64,000 nucleotides of DNA from Elusimicrobiota bacterium (GTDB lineage: Bacteria > Elusimicrobiota > Elusimicrobia > UBA1565 > UBA9628), in assembly GCA_028868375.1 (NCBI GenBank), contig JAGWUP010000002.1, forward strand, positions 25,841 through 89,840. The letters run 5' to 3'. The stretch's first letter is position 1, and each line of letters opens with the position of its first letter. This document shows, one piece after another, positions 37,114 through 44,311 of this stretch. Under the pieces are notes generated by a model. It was not told the origin of the DNA. It did not search any database and worked only from the letters and a program-made list of their open reading frames with translations. A program made the position numbers and the translations under genes.

Positions 37114-38154
37114 GTGAGGGGCCATCCCCGGGCTCGGTTGGCCGCGGCCCTCCTGGCGGCCCTTCTCCTCCAAGCGGCGCCGGCCCTCGCCAACCCCAGC
37201 TTGTCGGCGGATTTCCAGTCCATGATGGACTGGTTGAGCGGCCAAATCGCGCAGGGCTTGGCCTTCAACGCCGGCTCGACCTTCGACCCTCCGCATGAGA
37301 TCCACGACCGCCGCCTGGCGCCGGACGTCAGCATCGGCGTCGGCCGCATGGTCTTAAACAAGAACTCCTTTCCGGCGATCCAGACTCCGGCTCTGCAGGA
37401 TTACCACCCGGCGGGGATATTCCCCTCGGCGGTGTTGTTTCCCAACGTCGCCATGCACCTGCGCGCCGGCCTGCCCGGCCGCTGCGATTTCGCGCTGCGC
37501 TTGGCCGACATGACCACGCCTCCGGGCTACAAGCTTTCCTCCAATGCGACCGCCAGCGGGCAGTCCAACTCGATCGGCCTGTCTTTGCGCAAGCACTTTC
37601 TGGGCGGCGAGGACGAGCCGCTGCTGACCTTCGGCCTTCATTACAACCACGTCTACGGCCGCTTTGAATATCGGACCGGCTTCGATATCCAGGAGCAGGG
37701 CTATTCGGCCACATCCGTGGTCAATGGCGGCGTTTTCTGGAACGTCAACAGCTACGGGATCAACGCCGTGCTCAGCCAGAATTACGGGAGCTGGACCCCC
37801 TTCGTCGGGACCGGGGCCAACTACGTCACCGGCTCGGTGCGCGCGCATCTGGAGGCGGATACCGACACCTTCACGATCGCTCCGGCCATCGGAGAGTCCA
37901 GCGTCAGGCCGGAGCGCTTCTCGGGGCGCGCGATCCTGGGGTTCCAGTGGAACCGCTCCTGGGCGCGCCTGTTCGTCAACGGGGAGATCAAGGCCTTGAG
38001 CGTCGCGGCCGGCAAGACCTGGATCGCCCAGGCCGGGATCTCCCTGCCGTTTCATATCGGCCTGCATCGCCGCCCCCGGCGCCCGGCCACCGAGTTTTCA
38101 CGGCCGGCCAAGGAGCAGAGTGGCGGCGAACCGGAGATGATCCTCCTGCGCTGA
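37114..38154 (+). CDS. hypothetical secreted protein, beta-barrel-OMP-like
   Basis: Signal peptide ending ALA-NPS and alternating beta-strand-like pattern. The OMP beta-signal-like AQAGISLPF is followed by a 33-aa basic tail. Confidence 0.6.
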   Translation: MRGHPRARLAAALLAALLLQAAPALANPSLSADFQSMMDWLSGQIAQGLAFNAGSTFDPPHEIHDRRLAPDVSIGVGRMVLNKNSFPAIQTPALQDYHPAGIFPSAVLFPNVAMHLRAGLPGRCDFALRLADMTTPPGYKLSSNATASGQSNSIGLSLRKHFLGGEDEPLLTFGLHYNHVYGRFEYRTGFDIQEQGYSATSVVNGGVFWNVNSYGINAVLSQNYGSWTPFVGTGANYVTGSVRAHLEADTDTFTIAPAIGESSVRPERFSGRAILGFQWNRSWARLFVNGEIKALSVAAGKTWIAQAGISLPFHIGLHRRPRRPATEFSRPAKEQSGGEPEMILLR

Positions 38155-38169
38155 GCCGGCCTGATCCTC

Positions 38170-38282
38170 AGCGAAGAAGCGCAGGCGGCGGGTCCTGACA
38201 GCTCCGGACGCGGCTTCGCTGCGCCCCGGAAGTGCTCGCTCGCCGCGTTCCTCGCCGTCACCCGCCGCAGCGCTTCTTCGCT
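38170..38282. repeat. long imperfect inverted repeat (13 + 9 bp arms, ~66-nt interior)
   Basis: AGCGAAGAAGCGC..GCGGCGGGT (38170-38193) pairs with ACCCGCCGC.GCGCTTCTTCGCT (38260-38282). Confidence 0.6.
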
Positions 38283-38390
38283 TAAAGCCCCGGCCGTGTC
38301 GGCTTTTCACCGGAGAGGTGCAATCATGGCGGCAAGCCGGGGCGGAGCGGAGGCACCACAGCTTGACTGAGGATTGCGCTGAGCCGGCCT

Positions 38391-38417
38391 TGACAGGGGC
38401 CGGCGCCCCGCTACACT
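38391..38417 (+). promoter_or_regulatory. promoter TTGACA-N15-TACACT, GTG start 6 nt downstream
   Basis: TTGACA at 38391-38396, TACACT at 38412-38417, GTG at 38424. The spacer is short. Confidence 0.45.
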
Positions 38418-38423
38418 GGGGGC

Positions 38424-39815
38424 GTGAAAATCACGTTTTACGGCGGGGTCGGCGAGGTGACGGGATCGCGGCATCTGCTGGAGGCCGGGGGACGGAAGAT
38501 GCTGCTTGACTGCGGACTATTCCAGGGCCATCGCGCCGAGGCCATCGCCAAGAATAAGACGATCCCGTTCGATCCGGCGGGGATGGACGCGACGGTGCTC
38601 TCGCATGCCCACATCGACCACAGCGGCGGCCTGCCGATCCTGACTCAGCGCGGCTACCGCGGGGCCATCCATTGCACCCTGGCCACGCGGGAACTCTGCG
38701 CCATCATGCTGATGGACTCGGCCCACCTGCAGCAGCATGACGCCTTGTTCTTCAACAAGAAGCACGCCAAGAGCGGCCGGGCGCCGATCGAGCCGCTCTA
38801 CACCGAGGAGCAAGCCGAAAGCTGCCTACGCTCGTTTCAAACCCTCCCCTACCATAGTCCCTTGGCCCTGGGCGGGACAGTGGAGGTCACGCTCTACAAC
38901 GCCGCGCACGTCCTGGGCTCGGCGATGATACAGGTCCGGGCGGACGGGCGCAGGCTGCTGTTTACCGGAGACCTCGGCCGCCGGCGCGCCATCCTGATGG
39001 AGCCGCCGGAGCTGCCGAAGGGCGTCGACACCCTCGTCATCGAGAGCACCTACGGCAATCGCGTCCACGAGCCCATCGGCTTGGTCGAGGGGCAGTTGCG
39101 CGCCGTCATCGAGCGCGCCGTCGCAGAAAAAGGCAAGATACTGATCCCGAGCTTCGCCTTGGAGCGCACGCAGGAGATTCTCTTCGTCATCGAGAAGCTT
39201 TCGCGCCACGGCGAGATTCCCGCCGTCCCGCTCTACGTCGACAGCCCCATGGCCGTCAACATCACCGAGGTCTTCAACCGCCACATGGACGGCTTCTCCT
39301 TCTCGCCGGAGTTCCTGGACTACGTGGCCCGCGAGGGCAATCCCTTCCAGTTCCGCAGCGTCCACTACGTGCGCTCCCCGCAGGAGTCGATGAGCCTCAA
39401 CGATCTGCCGGGGCCGATGATCGTCCTGTCGGCTTCCGGCATGTGCGAGGGCGGGCGCATCCTCCATCATTTGCGCAACAACCTGGACAAGCCGACGACC
39501 ACCGTGCTGCTGGTCGGCTACCAAGCGGAGGGCACCCTCGGCCGCAGGCTGCAGCGCGGCGATCGGGAGGTCCCCATCTACGGCTTCCCGCAGAAGGTGG
39601 AAGCGCGGGTGGAGACGATGCACACCTTCTCCGCCCACGCCGACAAGGACGATCTGCTCTGGTTCGTCGGCCGCCTGGGCCCGACGCTCAAGCGCATCTT
39701 CCTCGTCCACGGCGATCCAGCCCAGCGAACGGCCTTCCAAGGACGGCTGCTCGAAGCGGGCTACCGCGACGTGCAGTGCCCCCAGTTCGGCCAGGCCTTC
39801 GAGTTGGGCGCTTGA
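38424..39815 (+). CDS. MBL-fold / beta-CASP RNA-metabolising hydrolase
   Basis: LLDCGLFQG, SHAHIDHSGGLP, beta-CASP and C-terminal RMMBL-like FSAHAD motifs. GTG start 6 nt after TACACT. Confidence 0.85.
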   Translation: MKITFYGGVGEVTGSRHLLEAGGRKMLLDCGLFQGHRAEAIAKNKTIPFDPAGMDATVLSHAHIDHSGGLPILTQRGYRGAIHCTLATRELCAIMLMDSAHLQQHDALFFNKKHAKSGRAPIEPLYTEEQAESCLRSFQTLPYHSPLALGGTVEVTLYNAAHVLGSAMIQVRADGRRLLFTGDLGRRRAILMEPPELPKGVDTLVIESTYGNRVHEPIGLVEGQLRAVIERAVAEKGKILIPSFALERTQEILFVIEKLSRHGEIPAVPLYVDSPMAVNITEVFNRHMDGFSFSPEFLDYVAREGNPFQFRSVHYVRSPQESMSLNDLPGPMIVLSASGMCEGGRILHHLRNNLDKPTTTVLLVGYQAEGTLGRRLQRGDREVPIYGFPQKVEARVETMHTFSAHADKDDLLWFVGRLGPTLKRIFLVHGDPAQRTAFQGRLLEAGYRDVQCPQFGQAFELGA

Positions 39816-39821
39816 CGGCGT

Positions 39822-39832
39822 CAAAGGTCCTA
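39822..39832 (-). repeat. intergenic motif TAGGNCCWWWG instance
   Basis: TAGGACCTTTG on the minus strand. Confidence 0.5.
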
Positions 39833-39878
39833 TCCCTGGATGAGCCGTTAGCTCCAGGCGCGCGCGGCCGCAATCTGC

Positions 39879-39884
39879 GATAAT
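39879..39884 (+). promoter_or_regulatory. -10-like GATAAT 10 nt before the ATP-grasp gene ATG
   Basis: GATAAT at 39879-39884, ATG at 39895. No convincing -35. Confidence 0.3.
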
Positions 39885-39894
39885 CGGCGGGTCG

Positions 39895-41628
39895 ATGAAA
39901 GCCCTCATCGCCGGCGGCTTGTCGGCGGCGCTGCTCTTGGCGGCGCCGGGACTGCCTCGCCCGGTTTGCGCCGGTTCCCTCGACGCCATCGCAAGCGACG
40001 AAAGCCTGCCGCGGGGCGTTCCCGAGGCGCTAATCCAGACGCCGCCGGTTCAAGCGACGCAGAGTGTTCTCGACCGCCCTGTCTCTCCCATGCCTGGCTT
40101 GGCTGCCGCCCCCGCACCCGCGGCTGCCGACGTCCAGCCTGCCACGCGGCCTGTCGCGGCCTCCCCTCGGAGTTTCGGCGTTCTCCAGGGGCTGGCTTCG
40201 CGCGTCTTTTTGGGAAGGAGCGGCGGGAACGTTCAGTCGCGGGGACTAGGGTCATGGCGCCGATTGTTCGACGGGGGATGGGCAGGACCCGGCGCTGCCC
40301 CAGCCGTCAACTCGGCGTCGATGGAGATGCGCGGCAAACGCATCGTCATCGTGGGGGCCGGAACGCCGGCCAAGCGGCCGTTCCTGGAAAAGGCCCGGCA
40401 GCTCGGCGTCCGGGTCATACTGGTCGACAAGGGCTTATCCGGTTTGCCGCGGCTCTTTGATTGGGCGCGGGTTCATCTGCTGGGCCTGCCCTCGCGCGAC
40501 CATTGGGCGCGCGGCCTCGTTTCCGAGCTCGTCGACGTCGATCTCAGCGCCGGCTCGCCGGAAGCCGACGAGCGCGCTGCCGCGGCCCTGCGGCGCTCGG
40601 CCCGAAAGCGCGGGCCCTTGGACGGCCTCACCGCGTATTGGGAAGACGATCTCATCGACGCGGCCAGGATCGCCCAGGCATTGGGGCTGAGGTATCATTC
40701 CGTCGAGGCGGTCGAGACGGCGCGCAGCAAGCACCGGACCATCGAGCGCTTGAGCGCCGCGGGCGTGCTCCCGCGGCGAGTGAGCTTCAAGATCGAGTCG
40801 AGGCGGGATCTGGAGGGCTTGATTGGCGGGGGGCGGGTCCCGCAGCGCTGGTTTCTCAAGCCGGACGGCGGCGCCGAGGCCCAATTCGACGCCAGCTATA
40901 AGGACGGTCGGGATTTGCTGGCGGCCTATGACGCGCTGGCCGCGCGGCTGGCGGCATCCGACGACACCGTATTCAAGAGCAACCGCACCTTCACGCTGAC
41001 CAACGCCTTGGAGGGTCCGGAGTGGGATTACAACGTCGTTCTCCAGGGCGGGCGCTTCATCGACGGCCGCTTCACCGACAACTGGCCGACGCGGCCGGGC
41101 AGCCGCAAGGCCACCGGCTACTCGCTGCCTTCCCGCGTCCTGACCGAGCCGCTGAAGGGGTCGATCCACCAAATGGTGGTCGACAGCCTCGAAGCCATCG
41201 GCGCGCGCGACGGGGTGTTCCACGTCGAGGGCATCGGCGAGGATTTAGTCGAGATCAACATGCGCCCCGGCGGCAGCTACACCCTGCAGGCCAACGAGGC
41301 CGTCTACGGCGTCAACGAGGCGGAGCTGCTGCTGCGCTTGGCCGCCGGCTTGCCGGTTTCGGTGCCGCGGCTTGAACGCCCGCTGGCCTACCAGGAGGGG
41401 GCTTTCGTCTTCGCCTCGGAGCGCGGGACCATCAAGATGATCGCGTTGACCGCGGCCGCTCGCGCGGCCGGCTTGCATCTGCGAGTCGAGATGACGCCGG
41501 GAAGCGTCATCACCGATCAGAAAAACCGCGTGGCGCTGGTCTACGCCCAGGCCTCCTCGGCCGTTGAGGCCCTGGCCTTGTTGGGCGACGACGCGCGTTC
41601 CCTGCTGGATCTTACGATCATCCCCTAG
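39895..41628 (+). CDS. ATP-grasp-domain protein with signal-like, low-complexity N-terminus (577 aa)
   Basis: KRIVIVGAG..VILVD pre-ATP-grasp region, ARSKHRT, WFLKPDGG and VEINMRPGG motifs. N-terminal MKALIAGGLSAALLLAAPGL plus a Pro/Ala-rich ~140 aa. Confidence 0.7.
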   Translation: MKALIAGGLSAALLLAAPGLPRPVCAGSLDAIASDESLPRGVPEALIQTPPVQATQSVLDRPVSPMPGLAAAPAPAAADVQPATRPVAASPRSFGVLQGLASRVFLGRSGGNVQSRGLGSWRRLFDGGWAGPGAAPAVNSASMEMRGKRIVIVGAGTPAKRPFLEKARQLGVRVILVDKGLSGLPRLFDWARVHLLGLPSRDHWARGLVSELVDVDLSAGSPEADERAAAALRRSARKRGPLDGLTAYWEDDLIDAARIAQALGLRYHSVEAVETARSKHRTIERLSAAGVLPRRVSFKIESRRDLEGLIGGGRVPQRWFLKPDGGAEAQFDASYKDGRDLLAAYDALAARLAASDDTVFKSNRTFTLTNALEGPEWDYNVVLQGGRFIDGRFTDNWPTRPGSRKATGYSLPSRVLTEPLKGSIHQMVVDSLEAIGARDGVFHVEGIGEDLVEINMRPGGSYTLQANEAVYGVNEAELLLRLAAGLPVSVPRLERPLAYQEGAFVFASERGTIKMIALTAAARAAGLHLRVEMTPGSVITDQKNRVALVYAQASSAVEALALLGDDARSLLDLTIIP

Positions 41629-41653
41629 CCGATCCATCGGACCTAGTTCAGCC

Positions 41654-41664
41654 TAGGTCTTTTG
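41654..41664 (+). repeat. intergenic motif TAGGNCCWWWG instance
   Basis: TAGGTCTTTTG. Confidence 0.5.
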
Positions 41665-41676
41665 CCGGAGTATTTT

Positions 41677-41699
41677 TAGGCCCTTCGTTCCTCTTGCGC
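41677..41699 (+). repeat. intergenic motif instance plus CCTCTTGCGC module
   Basis: TAGGCCCTTCG, then CCTCTTGCGC at 41690-41699. Confidence 0.5.
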
Positions 41700-41747
41700 C
41701 GACGCGTCGAGTTATAGCATGCGGCCATGAGAGCGGCGCGGCATGGC

Positions 41748-41776
41748 GGAGGGCGGGTTTCGCCCTCCCTTTTTTT
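41748..41776 (+). terminator. intrinsic terminator
   Basis: GGAGGGCG-GGTTT-CGCCCTCC hairpin (8 bp), followed by C and T7. Lies 120 nt after the ATP-grasp stop. Confidence 0.8.
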
Positions 41777-41805
41777 CGCCTCGCGCCCCTTTCCCGCCGG
41801 AATCG

Positions 41806-41860
41806 CAAAAGATAATAAAATAAGACAATTTACATCTAAATATAATACCTATAGTACTAT
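41806..41860. other. extremely AT-rich tract in a GC-rich genome
   Basis: CAAAAGATAATAAAATAAGACAATTTACATCTAAATATAATACCTATAGTACTAT. Contains GATAAT (41811) and TATAAT (41841). Confidence 0.7.
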
Positions 41861-41973
41861 GGGTCCTAGGCCGGCTTGGGCCCATTGCCGCCTCTCGCGG
41901 GACCAAAGGGACCAGCAAGGCCAGCGCGGGACATTCGCTAGAATCCAGCCGACGCTTGGACAACGAGGCCACC

Positions 41974-44310
41974 ATGAACCGAACATCGAGACTTTGCGCC
42001 GCCGCGATCCTGCTGCTTTCCGCCTCCTTGGCCGCGGCCCAAGGCGCGGCCTTCCGGCCGGCCCCCCTTGCGCCGGCCGTTGAGCGGGCAGGCTTCGAGC
42101 GGATAAACCTTCCGCCGCTTCCGTCCGCCGATAGTTCGCTAGGCTCCACCCGCCTGCCGCCGGGCTTGCCGCAACTGGCGCCTCTGGGACCCAGCGCCAT
42201 CGTCAATGAAGGCTTGCCGCAGCGGCTGCCGGCGCTAAGCGCGGCCGGACAGGGCGCAGCGCGCGCGGGCGCCACGCTCGAGGCGTTGGGCGCCTCGCTG
42301 TCGCTGCCGCGGCCGCAGGCAGCGGCGCCGCAAGCGGAGGCGGATCCCGCCATCCGGGCGATGGACTCCGCTTTCGACGGTGAAGGGACCGGCGGGCAGG
42401 TTCCCGCGGCGGGGGGTTTCGACGGCGGCGGGCTGTCGCGCGGCGATGGCGGCGGCTTTGGCGGCGGAGGGCGCGACCGGGGCGGCTCGGACGGGCCGGG
42501 GGGCTACCACGACGATGGAGACATCGGCGGCATGCACCCCAGGGTCATCGTCATTTTGGACACTCTCAACGAACCCGCCTCCGACGTTCTCGTGGCGCGC
42601 CTGGAGAAGCTTCTTGACAAGGGCGCGCGGGTGCTGTTCGTGACGGCCCGGCCCGACAAGGGCGAGAACTCGGCGGACTCGGTGCTGGTCTCCAAGCTCC
42701 GCGTCCGCCAGAATAATCCAATCGTCGTCGTCAGCTACAACGGGGCGCGCGTCACCGCCCGCAGCTCCCATGCCGACCATCCCCGGCCCTTGCTCAAGGA
42801 CAGCGAAGGCTTTTCGCCGCAGGTGCTCGCCCTATTTCGCAAGACCAATGAGGACTTGAAGAAACGGTTCAAGCTCGATGAGGTGAGGGAGTTCGGCCTG
42901 CCGGAGGTGGAGAGAGCGCAGATCTACGGCATCGAGCTTCCGCAGGATGCCAATTTGGGGCGGGTCGTTTCCTCTTATAATGCGCGGCTTCGAAAGTCTG
43001 AATATCACTATTACCGATTCGAGGGCCAGGAGGTCGGCGGCCGCAAATTCCTGTTCACGCAGGCGACGGCCCTGAGGCTTAACGCCGGGCGAGTCGCGCA
43101 GGGCCTTTTCTCCCAGAATCCTGACTTGCAAGACAGCCTCAAGCGCGAGCAGGTGCTGGTCCTGGGCGACACGGCCAGGGGACGCCGCTTCCTGGACGCC
43201 CTGGCCGAGCAGGAGATCCCGGGCAAGGCCTACTTCGTCCACAACGTCGAGAACGGCGCGCAGCTTGAGGATGCCCTGGGCAAGATCCTCGACAAGGACG
43301 CGCAGCAGACGATCAAGGTGACGCGCCATCAATTGCGCGCCTACGTCGAGTGGCGGCAGCGGCAGGTCTTCGGCCCGCGCCCGGTCTCCGACGGGCGCCC
43401 CGGCGCCGGCAAGCGCGCGAAAGCCCCGGCGGGATTCGGCCGGACCATCCGCGACCTGGCCTTCTTTCGCGGCATCGTCCATTACAACGTGATGATGCGC
43501 ATGAAGAAATTGATGCACAACCATCAGTGGGAGGAGGCTTCGGTTCATGCGGCGGTGGACCTGGCGCGCCGGATGTGGCGCGAGCCCCTGCAGAACGGCC
43601 TGAGGCTGCGGCGCTCCTTGCTGGAGGCGCGCCGCGCGCCGGAATGGAAAGCGTTGGAGGACGGCTTCCTGGAGGCCGAGATCGCCGCGGTCGAGAACTA
43701 TTACGGCCGCAATTTCCCGGGCCAGTGGCCGACGGGCGCCGCGGAGCGCGCGAGAGGCTTGGCCAATATCGCCACGGACGGCAAGAACGGCATCAAGGCC
43801 GAATATCTCTCGCCGGTGGCGCGCTACCAGGTCAACATGCTGCCGGCCGAGGTCCATAGCTATCAGGGCGAGGGCCATTGGATTCTCGAGGCCCACGCCT
43901 ATCGCTCCGGCAAATCGATGCGCCAGGACGAGTTCGACGAATCCATCGAGAGGAATCTCCTGGCCCATGCCTTGCTTCTGGGCTACGCCAAGCAGCAGCC
44001 GGACGGCTCCTGGAAGGTCAATGACCAGCCGGTGCGCCTGCGCGTGATCTTCCATTACGGGACGCAGGATTACGGGACGACGGATCTGCTGACTCCCGGG
44101 CAGGTCGTAGACCAGGCGGCTCAGGTGACCACCCTGATCACCAACATGCTGGCCGATCGTGAGTTCCTGGCTTTCTGGGAGGAGGAACAACGCCTCAATC
44201 GGAGGCTGGACGCCGAGGCCGATCTCAAGGCCGAGAGGGCCAAGGCGCAAGCCCAGCGCCGCAGGCGGGAGCGCTCAAGAAGAAAGCTTCAACCCAAGAA
44301 AACGAAATAG
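41974..44310 (+). CDS. exported 778-aa protein: low-complexity linker + HAD-like module (degenerate motif I) + degenerate PD-(D/E)xK-like module
   Basis: GAGG site 5 nt before the ATG. Signal MNRTSRLCAAAILLLSASLAAAQG. VIVILDTLNE, FVTARP and VLVLGDT motifs. C-terminal region is paralogous to the next gene but lacks its D/D/K residues. Confidence 0.7.
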   Translation: MNRTSRLCAAAILLLSASLAAAQGAAFRPAPLAPAVERAGFERINLPPLPSADSSLGSTRLPPGLPQLAPLGPSAIVNEGLPQRLPALSAAGQGAARAGATLEALGASLSLPRPQAAAPQAEADPAIRAMDSAFDGEGTGGQVPAAGGFDGGGLSRGDGGGFGGGGRDRGGSDGPGGYHDDGDIGGMHPRVIVILDTLNEPASDVLVARLEKLLDKGARVLFVTARPDKGENSADSVLVSKLRVRQNNPIVVVSYNGARVTARSSHADHPRPLLKDSEGFSPQVLALFRKTNEDLKKRFKLDEVREFGLPEVERAQIYGIELPQDANLGRVVSSYNARLRKSEYHYYRFEGQEVGGRKFLFTQATALRLNAGRVAQGLFSQNPDLQDSLKREQVLVLGDTARGRRFLDALAEQEIPGKAYFVHNVENGAQLEDALGKILDKDAQQTIKVTRHQLRAYVEWRQRQVFGPRPVSDGRPGAGKRAKAPAGFGRTIRDLAFFRGIVHYNVMMRMKKLMHNHQWEEASVHAAVDLARRMWREPLQNGLRLRRSLLEARRAPEWKALEDGFLEAEIAAVENYYGRNFPGQWPTGAAERARGLANIATDGKNGIKAEYLSPVARYQVNMLPAEVHSYQGEGHWILEAHAYRSGKSMRQDEFDESIERNLLAHALLLGYAKQQPDGSWKVNDQPVRLRVIFHYGTQDYGTTDLLTPGQVVDQAAQVTTLITNMLADREFLAFWEEEQRLNRRLDAEADLKAERAKAQAQRRRRERSRRKLQPKKTK

Positions 44311-44311
44311 G

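Noticed and set aside
41712-42353. 213-aa minus-strand ORF and 118-aa plus-strand ORF (41727-42083) spanning the terminator and AT-rich tract.
   Set aside because: They run through an intrinsic terminator and promoter-like AT tract. They have low-complexity products and overlap the signal-peptide region of the better-supported 41974 gene.
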